Source: an uncultured Candidatus Cloacimonadota bacterium (GTDB lineage: Bacteria; Cloacimonadota; Cloacimonadia; Cloacimonadales; Cloacimonadaceae). Taken from it: 64,000 bases of DNA. Positions within the stretch are counted from its first letter, which is position 1; the number at the start of each line of letters is the position of its first letter. Where the stretch lies: assembly GCA_964501025.1 (NCBI GenBank), contig CAZCRD010000103.1, positions 3,412 to 67,411 of the forward strand, read 5' to 3'. A program made the translations under genes and the position numbers. The notes under the pieces are model-generated. The model had not been told where the DNA came from and made no database searches. It saw only the letters and a list, made by a program, of their open reading frames with translations. This document shows, piece by piece, positions 45,978 through 56,500 of this stretch.

Positions 45978-46931
45978 CTATCTGAAAGGGCGGATAAAGG
46001 CTCTCACCTGGGTCGAGATTGAGTAGCGTGTGCATCTGGCTAAGTAGCGTAAATGGGCTCGTGTTTGTTCGATTCTGCGATTTTGAGCTTGCAATGAGTA
46101 TGGGATTACCGGTAGTTTGATCTCTTGCTGCCTTGCCCAATTGATCAGGGTGTCTATCAAAGTTATCCTGCTCAGTGCCTCCCTGGTGAGATGTTGCCAG
46201 GGCTTGGGTTTGAGACCAAAGTGGATGCAGGAGGCATCAGGATCTTTATCCATCAGATACTCGGCCGTTGGGGGAGCTTGGGAAGAGAATGCCATCAGAG
46301 AGTTTAAGACAGATTCATCGGTCATCGAATAGGCTACGCTACGTTTGTTGTATACACCTTTGGTGTCTTCCGGTATCACCTTCAACATCTGCTCTTGCCA
46401 TAGCTCGATAAAACTGAGGTGAGAGCGGTTTAACACAAAGCAATTAGTCTGATACACGGTTTCGATGCGATGGATAGTGAGATCATCCACATCCTTTTGC
46501 CAGATTTGCAGCACTCGGCTGGGGATTTTACCCATGCTATCGGCTGCTTTGTAATAATTTCTGAATATCGTGGCAGTTTCATCCTGTTGACGTTTACGGA
46601 TCTGAAGCTTGTTTTCCGGTGTCACAAAAAAACTCTCGATGTTTCCACTCACTATGCAATCCGCATCCATCCAGACAATAATATCAGTTTCGGCGGTGGC
46701 GATAGCCATGGGTTTTTGCGTGCATACACTGCGGGTATCAGGTTTGGCTCCGGGGAAAAGCCTGGTATTGGGGATGCTGCTGAGGATTTTGCTCTCGGCA
46801 TCGCTAAGATCATAGGCCAAGATGTGATAGGGGCAATCCATTTTATGATAACGCAGGGAAAGCCCTAACAGCAGTGCTCCCCACACAAAATTGTGGTCAC
46901 AGGCGGTTACAACGGTCTTGTCCTTAGCCAT
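45978..46931 (-). CDS. GT8-like nucleotide-sugar glycosyltransferase
   Basis: N-terminal VTACDHNFVWGALLLGLSL, DxD (WMDADC) and HFGLKPKPW, arranged as in family 8 glycosyltransferases. Confidence 0.55.
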   Translation of the reverse strand: MAKDKTVVTACDHNFVWGALLLGLSLRYHKMDCPYHILAYDLSDAESKILSSIPNTRLFPGAKPDTRSVCTQKPMAIATAETDIIVWMDADCIVSGNIESFFVTPENKLQIRKRQQDETATIFRNYYKAADSMGKIPSRVLQIWQKDVDDLTIHRIETVYQTNCFVLNRSHLSFIELWQEQMLKVIPEDTKGVYNKRSVAYSMTDESVLNSLMAFSSQAPPTAEYLMDKDPDASCIHFGLKPKPWQHLTREALSRITLIDTLINWARQQEIKLPVIPYSLQAQNRRIEQTRAHLRYLARCTRYSISTQVRAFIRPFR

Positions 46932-47004
46932 CTACAATGGCTCCTTTAGCTGAGTCCAAGCCGATAAACCGGCAGATGACCTGCTCTTTAGCTTTTGCGC
47001 TCAT
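46924..47004 (-). CDS. Candidate 26-aa upstream ORF coupled to the GT8-like gene
   Basis: GGAGG lies 8 nt upstream of the ATG. Sequence MSAKAKEQVICRFIGLDSAKGAIVDG. Its stop overlaps the GT8 start (ATGGCTAA). Confidence 0.3.
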   Translation of the reverse strand: MSAKAKEQVICRFIGLDSAKGAIVDG

Positions 47005-47118
47005 CACCTAAGCCTCCGTGAGATTCACATTTGGGACAGTAAATTGCAATGATCTGCATACGTCAAGTAATATCATCTTTGCGAGCCTATTGCAGAGCCG
47101 ATGCCGTTTTGCTGCGCT

Positions 47119-48546
47119 CTAATCCAGATATCGCTTCAGGCGGTTTACGGATATCCCCAGATATCTTGCCGTTTGGCTTTTGTTGTTGTTATGCAAAGCC
47201 AAAGCCTTATGGATGATGCTACTGATCGCCTTGTTCAAGCCAAAATCCGTTTCCGGAAACTCCAAAAAGAGCTGTCTCTTGCCCAGTGCGTCGAAATTTA
47301 TGGGGCTATTGGGCAACAGGAAAGAGAAGTAATCTGGAGCGATTTCTATAGCTTCCGAGATCAGATACGCACGTTCCATCGCTCCCTGCAATTCGCGCAC
47401 ATTGCCCGGCCAGGAGTATTCACGCAAAAGTCTGGCAGTATCATTGGTCAGAAACTTCAAGGGCTGATGTTTTTTCGCGGATATCTGTTTGAGAAACAGC
47501 TGTGCCAGCGGAATGATCTCATCACGTCGCTCACGCAGAGGCGGGATCTTGATGAAGACTGTGGAGATGCGATAGAATAGATCACTGCGAAATTGCTGAT
47601 CCGCAACGAGAGTCTGCAGATCGTGATGAGTGGCAAAGAGAAAGCGAATATCCAGAGCAATGCTTTTGGTGCCTCCCACCCGATACATCTCGCGTTCTTG
47701 AATCACGCGCAAAAGTTTTGGCTGCATATCAAGGGGCAGATCTCCGATTTCATCCAGCAGCAGCGTGCCACCATTGGCCATTTCCAGTTTGCCGATTTTC
47801 CCCTCGCGATTGCTGCCGGTGAAGGCACCCCGTTCATAGCCAAAGAGTTCGCTTTCAAAAAGAGTGGGCGGAATGGCAGAGCAATTCAAAGTAATAAAGG
47901 GACGCGTGTTTGATTCCTCACCAAAATGGATGAGCCTGGCGATAAGTTCTTTGCCGGTGCCGGTTTCACCAGTGATGAGTACCGGCAGATCACGGTCTTT
48001 ATGGATTCTCAGACACAGGCTCGTGATCTGACGCATGGCTTCAGAATAGACCCCCATTCCCTTGAAACCAAGCTCTTGCTGATATTCACTTTGCAATGCT
48101 GCCAGCTCTTTCTTGACTGCATCCAGGCGAGCTTGGAGGGCAGTTTCAAAATCCTGCTTCAGCAGCTTCAATTCCCTGCGTTCCTGCAAGATAACTCCGA
48201 GTTGCTTGATTTTTGTAGCCAGAAGTTCCAAAGACAAGGATTTGGGCAAGACCTCATCTGCTCCATACTCCAAAGCTTTCAATTGGGCTTCCGTGTCGGT
48301 TTCACCACACAGGACAATGATCGTGCCATTCCATAGCTGCCCTTTGAGATGATCCATGAGATCAAAACTGTCCAGACCCGGCATCATCAATTCGCTGATG
48401 ATCATATCCGGCATCGCAGTGGGTAAAATATCCAAGGCTGCTTCGATGCTGGAGCAAGCTTGGCAATTGTGCCCCAATTGCACTTTGAGAAAGTTCTGTA
48501 TGGCTTCAAGGAAGAGCGAGTCACTTTCTATTACCAGTATGTTCAT
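47119..48546 (-). CDS. Sigma54-dependent response regulator (REC - AAA+ - Fis-type HTH; NtrC family)
   Basis: REC (NILVIESD...DMIISELMMPG), Walker A GETGTGKE, GAFTG loop, ESELFGY and a C-terminal HTH (KSQTARYLGISVNRLKRYL). The ATG at 48546 forms an ATGA overlap with the kinase stop. Confidence 0.9.
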   Translation of the reverse strand: MNILVIESDSLFLEAIQNFLKVQLGHNCQACSSIEAALDILPTAMPDMIISELMMPGLDSFDLMDHLKGQLWNGTIIVLCGETDTEAQLKALEYGADEVLPKSLSLELLATKIKQLGVILQERRELKLLKQDFETALQARLDAVKKELAALQSEYQQELGFKGMGVYSEAMRQITSLCLRIHKDRDLPVLITGETGTGKELIARLIHFGEESNTRPFITLNCSAIPPTLFESELFGYERGAFTGSNREGKIGKLEMANGGTLLLDEIGDLPLDMQPKLLRVIQEREMYRVGGTKSIALDIRFLFATHHDLQTLVADQQFRSDLFYRISTVFIKIPPLRERRDEIIPLAQLFLKQISAKKHQPLKFLTNDTARLLREYSWPGNVRELQGAMERAYLISEAIEIAPDYFSFLLPNSPINFDALGKRQLFLEFPETDFGLNKAISSIIHKALALHNNNKSQTARYLGISVNRLKRYLD

Positions 48547-50201
48547 TGCATATCTCCAAAGTGCAGGCGAAATCCCCAAGCATCGTCTTTTTTGTGAATG
48601 TTTAGCCTGTAACCATAATGGTCACAGAGATATTTCACGATAGCCATACCCATCTCGGAAGCGGCATTTTGGGTATCTGGTGAAAGGGGATTGTATAGCT
48701 GATTCATCATCTCACGGGTAACTTCAACCCCGTTTTGCATGATGTCCAAACAGAGTTTGCCATCAGCGCAGCAAGCTTCGATCTTGAGCACCTTTTGTTT
48801 TCTAGGACATCGTTCCAGGATACTCACACAGTGGGCTAAGAGGTTTATGATAATCTGTTGCAAATGTGTGGGCGCTGCTTTGATGGGAGGAAAGGAACCG
48901 CAGCCCAGGCTGATGAGCTCGATTCCGCCAGCAAAGATTCTGCGGCTGAGCAGGCACAGAGATTGCTCGATGGTCTCATCCAAGCTGCAAAGCTTGATCT
49001 CAGCCGTCTTTCCCGAGTTCCAAAACTGACGGATCTGCTGGAGGAAGGCTTCAATGCGCTTTACCCCTTCCATGATGTGCGCCAATTCCTGATTGAAGTT
49101 CATCGGCAAAGTAATTTCCTCGCGCTTGAGCCAATAGAGGATGCTTTCCGTGGATATTCGGATGGCTGAAAGAGGTTGATTTAACTCGTGGGTAATCCCC
49201 GAAGAAAGGATGCCCAGTGTAGCCAGACGCGCAGAACGTTCGGTAAGGTTCATCGAGATCAGATTCCGGTTTTCCCGCGCATAATAGCTCTGGATACTAT
49301 TTGCTTTCTTGATGGTATCGGAACTAATGATCTGTCCATATAGCTGGCTGTAAGCGAATTGAGCCTTGAAGGCCGCTTCCCATTGCTGCTGTTCGGCATA
49401 ATAATCGGCCAACAGAGCTTGACTTTTCAATTGATAATTCTGCAGCAAATTTTGTTCTGCTTGATCCTTGGCCTCCAATAGTAGCTGCAGTGCCAATTCC
49501 TGATTCCCCAGTGCTTTGTTTGCCATCGCCTGGTTCAAGCTCAAAGCGCAGGAAATTTCTTTGGGGGTTTCCACCGTGCTCGAATGCATCAAAGCAGAGG
49601 CTTCATCCAGCTCCGCCAATGCGGCTTCAGGTTCTTGCTGCTTGCACAGGATATCACTGATGTTGATGTGGCTGATGATCATGCTGCGGATATTCCGGTT
49701 TTCTTGGGCTATGGCCAGCGCTTGACGGTAGTATCCGATAGCTGCATCCAATTCTCCCTTGAGCATGCGCAAATAGCCGAGATTGTTCACACTGCGTTCA
49801 TAGCCGGAATGTAGAGCATGTGACTTCTCAAAACACTCGGTGGCCTTGGGAATATTTGAGAGCTGGATAAAAATGTCGCCCATGCTGTTATAGGCTTCAG
49901 CTTCCCAGTTTTTATTTCCCAATTGCTGGTTCAAGCGCTGTGCTCTCAGGTAATACTCCAAAGCAGCGTCGTAATCATCCAAATAGGCGTAAAAAGTACC
50001 GATCAGGTGCAAGGCCTCAGCCTGAACACTTTCTTCACCCAGATTCATCCCCAGCTCAAGAGCTGCTTCAGCAAAGGTCTTGCCGGAATTGTATTCACCG
50101 GTTTTCCATGCTTCAGCAGCAAGCTCCAAGAGCAGCTTCGAACGCTGATGCGGATCTGTACTTTCTTTTAGCTGTTGCTTCAATTGCGTAATGTCTTTCA
50201 T
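48543..50201 (-). CDS. Cytoplasmic TPR-repeat sensor histidine kinase
   Basis: About 250 aa of TPR-like repeats. H-box GITHELNQPLSAI and an HATPase_c C-terminus. No TM segment. Confidence 0.85.
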   Translation of the reverse strand: MKDITQLKQQLKESTDPHQRSKLLLELAAEAWKTGEYNSGKTFAEAALELGMNLGEESVQAEALHLIGTFYAYLDDYDAALEYYLRAQRLNQQLGNKNWEAEAYNSMGDIFIQLSNIPKATECFEKSHALHSGYERSVNNLGYLRMLKGELDAAIGYYRQALAIAQENRNIRSMIISHINISDILCKQQEPEAALAELDEASALMHSSTVETPKEISCALSLNQAMANKALGNQELALQLLLEAKDQAEQNLLQNYQLKSQALLADYYAEQQQWEAAFKAQFAYSQLYGQIISSDTIKKANSIQSYYARENRNLISMNLTERSARLATLGILSSGITHELNQPLSAIRISTESILYWLKREEITLPMNFNQELAHIMEGVKRIEAFLQQIRQFWNSGKTAEIKLCSLDETIEQSLCLLSRRIFAGGIELISLGCGSFPPIKAAPTHLQQIIINLLAHCVSILERCPRKQKVLKIEACCADGKLCLDIMQNGVEVTREMMNQLYNPLSPDTQNAASEMGMAIVKYLCDHYGYRLNIHKKDDAWGFRLHFGDMQ

Positions 50202-50696
50202 TTTTAGTCCTGAGGATAAATATTTGGATGCGGCTAAGACTGTCCAGTAAAATCTGCTTGGGGTAGATCCCGACCCTTTGTTTTCTGATCCTCAACTCGT
50301 TGTGCTATCCAGATGATAAAGTGATGATATTGCTACTAATTAGGCTCTCTTCATGCTCAAGGAGCTAAGATACTTCTTCCCCCATAGCATTGCGGCATCA
50401 CTACGCCATCATTGCGGGTCACACCCGTATTGATACCGTAGTGATAAAGGGATAGGGGTGCTGATCCCAAGATGTCAAAATGGCACAATCTCTTAGATAG
50501 GCAAGAGTACCAAAAAGAAAAGTAAATCAGCACATCACAGCTGCGCGCACCGCCGCCATTCAGGAGTACATATCCGTTTTGAATTAGCCAAATCCGATAC
50601 TCTATCCATTATGGATGAGTCAGGGGAAAGACATCCCTTCCCACAACTGTATATTATTACAAGCTCTTAGGTCACAGACTGCCAGTTTGGCGGGAT

Positions 50697-50712
50697 TGGT
50701 ACAAAAATTGGA
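50697..50712 (+). promoter_or_regulatory. Candidate sigma54 (-24/-12) promoter
   Basis: TGGTACaaaaaTTGGA versus the consensus TGGCAC-N5-TTGCW. GG and TTG are correctly spaced, but the -12 GC is GG. It lies ~27 nt upstream of the CheY-like ATG, before AAGGAG. Confidence 0.4.
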
Positions 50713-50738
50713 TTTATCAATGGCAAAGGAGAAAACGT

Positions 50739-51113
50739 ATGGTAGCCATAATCGTTCAGGACGACCTGATCCGCCAAGCATTACAGGGACTCTTGCAAAG
50801 AGCCGGAGTAAGAGCCAGGTTCTACAGCAAGATTAGTGAATCAAGTGCCGCAATCATGGAAAATCCAGCTGACTTGGAAGCCGTGATCATTGATTATGAC
50901 ATTGATCCCGATCTCTGCAGATGGCTGATATCAGGCATTATCAAGCTTACCGAACAGGTTAAGATACTTGTTTATTCAGATTTTCCCATCTTTGGTTTTC
51001 GGGAACCAGACACGAGGAATCCCTATCTCTGCCTCAAAGAGAAACCCTTTATTCTCAGTGATATACTGGAAACAATAACAAGCGATACAAGGAGGAAACA
51101 TGTCTCGCTATAG
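50739..51113 (+). CDS. Stand-alone CheY-like receiver protein
   Basis: 124 aa with IIVQDD (acidic pocket), VIIDYDI (putative phospho-Asp), ILVYSD and KEKPF (conserved Lys-Pro). AAGGAG RBS. Confidence 0.6.
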   Translation: MVAIIVQDDLIRQALQGLLQRAGVRARFYSKISESSAAIMENPADLEAVIIDYDIDPDLCRWLISGIIKLTEQVKILVYSDFPIFGFREPDTRNPYLCLKEKPFILSDILETITSDTRRKHVSL

Positions 51114-53535
51114 AAAGTCCTTAATTCGTGCTCGTCGCATACTCTTTATTTTGATGTTGGCTGGCCTTTCCGGGAGTTTATTTGCATCGTACTCCAAGCT
51201 GCCTGAGGCTCGCATTAGTCCTTATAACCAGGTTAATCAAGCAATACCCAGGGTCAATGATTTTAAAGCAGACCAAAATGATGCCTCAAACTGGCAGGCT
51301 TATCTGAATCCTTACAACTTCTCTGCCATGATCGAGGATGGTGACTATTTGTGGTTTGCCAGTCCCATGGGAGTCTTGAAGCACAATACCCTTTCCGGTC
51401 AAACCGAATTGATCAATACCGCCAATAGCGGAATAAACTCGAATTTTGTATCCGATATGATGCTACACTCATCCGGTGACTATTGGTTTGCACACACTAC
51501 CTTGGTTTCAGATGACAATAGCTGTGGTGGCATCAGCATCTTGCATCCCGATGGCAGCTGGACCGTCTGGAACTATGAGAATGCGCCTTTTCATTCAAAC
51601 AACATCATGTGTTTGGGCGAAGATGATATTGGTAGAGTGTGGATTGGCTATGGTATGAACGGATATTCCGAAGGCGGGATGTCTATGTATGACCCCTCCA
51701 ATGGAGAATGGCAATACTTCAACAAACACAATTCCGATATGCCTTCGAATACAGTATATTCCTTTCATTTGGCAGCTGACGGCAAGCTTTGGGTAAGCCT
51801 CACGGGTGACGTGGATCCGGATCCCTATGAGGGCGGTGGTTTAATGAGCATACAAGGTTACGATTGGCAGGTCTATACTACTCAGATTGCCGATGATCCA
51901 GCAGAACCGCTCAAAGAATGGTCGATCAAAAACATAGTGGAAGATAGCCAGGGAAATCTCTGGTTTGCCCTTTCCGGATCTGTGGATTCGGCATTGTACC
52001 AGTATGACGGTGAAAATTTCATCCGCTATGAAGCACCATTTGTTGCCATGTATTGGGATGTCGCCATCGATGCCCAGGATAACATTTATGTGAATGGTAT
52101 CGTGAGCCGGGTTTACAAGTTTGACGGAACAAACTGGACAACCCTGCCCGATCCTGATGCCATAGCCGATGGCAATTACATCCAGAACATTTGGATGGAC
52201 TCCAACAGCAAATTGTGGGTAGCTCTATATGATGGTTATCTGGTTACTTACGAAAACGATACTTATACATATCCAAATCTGGAGTTGGATAGTCCGGTCA
52301 AAGGCTTAAACAGCTTTTGGACTATGGATTCTGATGGGCTTGGTAACACATACTTCGGTACTGGTTGGTATGTATGGGGAGCCATCCCCACCGCAGCATC
52401 GCTGATGCATTGGGATGAAAGCCAGTGGCAGAGCTTTAATTACACCTCCTATCAAAACTATGTAGTAAATGATATCGCCTGGGATATGCAAGGCAAGCTC
52501 TTGATCGCCACCGGAGATTCGAACTCTGATGCAGCAAATCTCTTTGACATGTACGGCTCGGTATGCCGTCAGACGGAGAATGGCTGGATCAAGTATGATT
52601 ATGAAACCACCGGCTATCCCTTTATCTATGCAAAACTGGCACAAGAGGATTACAATGCTTTTCTCTGGGCTGGCACCAATACCAATGGTCTTGCAGTTTA
52701 CGATGGCGTGGATTGGACGGTATATGACAGCAATAATGTTCCCAATATGTCTGTGATGATTATGGACATTCTGGCCAGTCACAATGAGCCCGTAGTATGG
52801 GTAGCCACTGCCAGCGGAATATTCAGAGTGGATATCAGTGATTCGGAAAACTATATCTGGGAACACTACCATCCTCTCAATTCTGAGCTCCCGGCATGGT
52901 GTGTAAACACTTTGGCCTGGGATGCAGATGGAAGTCTGTTGATCGGGACAGAATCCGGTCTGGCGAGATTTCAAAACAATGAACTCAGCGTAATGCAGGA
53001 TCTTGACGGAGTCTATATCACAGATCTTAGCATGGATGAAAATGGTGATCTTTGGCTCGGAACCATTAGCAATGGTTTGCTATGTGTTGCGGATGATTCG
53101 GTGACAGCTTATACCCGCAGCAATAGCCCCTTGCCCTCAAACACTATTTACTATGTAGCTTCGGATCAACGAGGTACGCTGTGGATTCATCCACATAATA
53201 ACGGTTTGTATCGCATGGACTACAACAGCTCCACCGCTGATGATCCAGCTCTGCCCCGGCCCGTTGCTCAGCTCAAAAACTATCCCAATCCCTTTAATCC
53301 GGAGACTGCAATCAGTTTTGAGCTACCTGAGGCCAATGATGCTAAGATCGGTATCTACAACCTGAAAGGACAATTGGTAAAAAGCTATCCCAAGACCAGA
53401 TATCCTGGAGGTATTCATCAAATCAGCTGGGATGGCAAGTCCGACCAAGGTGTTCCCTGCAGCAGCGGAATCTACTTCGTTCGTGTGCAATCAGACAACT
53501 ATAGCCTAAACCACAAAATGACCCTGATGAAATAG
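51100..53535 (+). CDS. Secreted protein with two-component-regulator-propeller (Reg_prop-like) repeats and a T9SS/FlgD-Ig-like C-terminal sorting domain
   Basis: Signal anchor. Many repeats of the type D..G.LW.GT..GL..YD...W..Y....S.LPSN.I. The C-terminus reads NYPNPFNPETAISFELPEA...IGIYNLKGQLV...SGIYFVRVQ...KMTLMK. Confidence 0.75.
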   Translation: MSRYRKSLIRARRILFILMLAGLSGSLFASYSKLPEARISPYNQVNQAIPRVNDFKADQNDASNWQAYLNPYNFSAMIEDGDYLWFASPMGVLKHNTLSGQTELINTANSGINSNFVSDMMLHSSGDYWFAHTTLVSDDNSCGGISILHPDGSWTVWNYENAPFHSNNIMCLGEDDIGRVWIGYGMNGYSEGGMSMYDPSNGEWQYFNKHNSDMPSNTVYSFHLAADGKLWVSLTGDVDPDPYEGGGLMSIQGYDWQVYTTQIADDPAEPLKEWSIKNIVEDSQGNLWFALSGSVDSALYQYDGENFIRYEAPFVAMYWDVAIDAQDNIYVNGIVSRVYKFDGTNWTTLPDPDAIADGNYIQNIWMDSNSKLWVALYDGYLVTYENDTYTYPNLELDSPVKGLNSFWTMDSDGLGNTYFGTGWYVWGAIPTAASLMHWDESQWQSFNYTSYQNYVVNDIAWDMQGKLLIATGDSNSDAANLFDMYGSVCRQTENGWIKYDYETTGYPFIYAKLAQEDYNAFLWAGTNTNGLAVYDGVDWTVYDSNNVPNMSVMIMDILASHNEPVVWVATASGIFRVDISDSENYIWEHYHPLNSELPAWCVNTLAWDADGSLLIGTESGLARFQNNELSVMQDLDGVYITDLSMDENGDLWLGTISNGLLCVADDSVTAYTRSNSPLPSNTIYYVASDQRGTLWIHPHNNGLYRMDYNSSTADDPALPRPVAQLKNYPNPFNPETAISFELPEANDAKIGIYNLKGQLVKSYPKTRYPGGIHQISWDGKSDQGVPCSSGIYFVRVQSDNYSLNHKMTLMK

Positions 53536-53544
53536 GAGAACTCA

Positions 53545-56500
53545 ATGATACGCAACATCTTGATAATAGTATTTTGCCTGTGCTCCATTCTTCATGCTGT
53601 ATACCTGCATGAAGGATGGGACGCGGGCTCCTTTGCAGCCAATGCCTGGCACAAAGATGCCTCGTGTGAAAACTGGCAGGTGATGAATATAGGTGGATAC
53701 CACTTACGTTTTGGCGGTTTTCCGGAACTGGAGAACTATAATAGCAGCCTGCAATCCCAGATCTTTGATCTTGCCGGTGTAAGCTCGCTATCGCTGGAGT
53801 TTAAGCTCAAAGGAATCAGCCTGGAAGCCACACAAAGTGAATATATGGCAGTAGAATACAGGATTGACAATTCTGAATGGATAGCGATATTCGATATCGA
53901 AGCGACAATAGGCGATGTAATGGATCCCCTTGAATCATACAGCTATAGCTTCAGTGAACCAATCGCAGGAAACACTATTCGCTTTCGCTTTAGGGCTTAT
54001 GGCGAGAACAGCGCAAACTTCATGTTTTGGCAAATTGACGACATCCTGCTCAAAGACCAGGATTATCAAGCTCCAGCCATTATCAGCGGAATTGTGACTG
54101 ATTCTAACATGCAAGCCATTGCAGATGCATTGGTTAGCGATGGCCAAAACTATGTTCGCACTGGATTTTCCGGTACTTATACTTTGCCGGTGCAGCCCTC
54201 AGCTCAAATTGCAGTCACCGCCAGGGCTTTCAGCTATTACGATGGCTCTGCCCAGCTAATCAACATCGAATCCGAGGCTTCAGCCATAGCGGATATCACG
54301 CTGCAAGCTGAAGACGGAGAGCTCATGGATCCTTTTGCTATGAATGCCAGTGTGTATTACTCTGATACGGGCGCTTCTTGCGGTGTGTACTGGAATGCAG
54401 TGCATGAGTTTCCTGGAGATGGAGTATTAGAATTGGCTTACGACTCTCCTCCTGTAGATTACTTCTACAATCCTTTCATGATCAATGAATGTGAGTACAT
54501 GGTGGTAAAGTATGAACGGGATTGGGATCTCAATCTCGGAGCCGTGAAACTGGCACTCAGAAGTATGATGCCTACATCGGTGGAACTGGTTGCTTTTTAT
54601 GAGAGCAATGGTCAGCCAGATCTGAATAATCCCGTCTTTGATAGCCCTCAGATATTTGATTTTGTGCCTGAGGTCTCGGGATATCCGCAATGGCAGCAGT
54701 TTCCTCTGCCCTTCTTCATAGAGGCTCAGACTCCCTTTTATCTGGGAGTAAAATATCGAAATGGAGATCTCTATAGCGTTGGCATCACTCCGACTGATGA
54801 GAGCAGAACCTACTATAGTTTCGACAGTGAAAACGATTGGGAAATCAGCAGCGGTGAAGCAGCCATGATTCGCCTCTTGGGCAATGAATATGAACCATGG
54901 GATGCACGCAATCTGCTGGGATACAATCTCTACCACAATCATCAATTGGTGAACGATACTCCCCTGATGGGAAGCTATTATTATGATGATCAGCTTGATT
55001 GGGGGGAACACATATACTATGCCACAGCGGTTTACAGCACTGGCGAGAGCAATATCACCAACAGCGTGTGCGTAAACGTCAGACCGGTGGCAATCAGCTC
55101 CGTAAACCTCAATCAAAACCCCAGCGGAGATCAATATGTCATCGTGAGTATGATTGCCTACAAGGTCCATGGAGGTGTATCAAGCCTGAGCTTGCTGCGA
55201 AACGGAATAGAGATCTACAACTATGCAAATCCCGATCCCGAACAAAACTTGCTCGAATGCATCCACTTGGATTACAATCTGGAAAACGACACCGCGGTCG
55301 AGTATCAGCTACTGGCCAGTTATCTGGACGGCAGCAGTTCTCTGAGTGCTGTGTATCAATATCGCTGTTTATTGCCTCCAGAAAATCTTGTGGCAGAAGG
55401 ATGTGAGGCCGGCGTAGCGCTATCTTGGGATGCACCCGTGTCGCCCAATCGTGCTTTACTGGGCTATCGCATCAGCCGAAACGGTAATGGAGATTATCTG
55501 GAGTTTGATACTTTGATTCTGGAAACCGAGTATCTGGATACTGGAATGGAACTGGGTTTGGTTTACGATTATCTGGTTTCCGCAGTATATGAAGATGGCG
55601 TGGCAGATTCACCCTTAGTATCCGTGGTGGCAGGTCCTGCTGTATATCATCCGGTTACAAATCTGGAATCTGCCATCGAAAACAATCAAGTCAAGCTAAG
55701 ATGGGATCGCCCTGATGATACCTACATGATCTTAAGCAAAAATGCTCCGGGAAAATCCCAGGGTTTTGCTCCGGGACACAACTTCACTGCCGGCATCAAC
55801 TTCATCCCCGGGCAAATGATGGACGCCATCAATCACATTAGTGCAGGTCTGGCCTTCATACCTGTGTCCGATGCCCCGGTAACAGTGAGAGCCTACAATT
55901 GCAGCAATCCCGAAGAAGAGTATCTTTGTGATGAGATAGTATTGGAAACTCCCACTGCCGGCGAATGGAACTTCGTGCCTTGCTATAGTATAAACGTGGA
56001 GTCTATGCTGGCTGCATACAGATTTGAGCTGGAAACAGATGGTGGGCTGATGCTGGATGATGCCACCAGCCCTGTAGCCGGAGCCAATGCTATCATGGTC
56101 GATGGTGAGATCAGCGATCTGCAAACCCAATATGGGATCAACCAAAACTGGAAGTTTGCCATCAAACTAAAAGAGACGGATCATGTCAACCCCTGTACTC
56201 GCGATCTCTATCCTGTGCTAACCGGCTATAAAGTGGTATGCAACTCTGAAGAGATCTCCATGGAAAGCGAATTCGATCAATTCTATCAGGAGCCAGCAAG
56301 CAATGACGAATATCGTGCATACTACATCCTTGCCGTTTATGACACTGGAGAATCCGATCCCAGCAATACAGTGGAAGTGGCACCAGTATCGATCTCTGAT
56401 GAGGATATAGCTGTCCCGTCAATCGCCCTGCAAAATCATCCTAATCCCTTTAACCCCAATACCAAGATCAGTTTTAATCTGCGTGAAGCGTCTGATATAA

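Noticed and set aside
50481-50496. Perfect TGGCAC (-24-like) hexamer in the divergent intergenic region
   Set aside because: The sequence at the -12 position is CTTAG rather than TTGC (no GC dinucleotide at the correct spacing), and it lies ~250 nt from the nearest start. The 50697-50712 element is a better sigma54 candidate.
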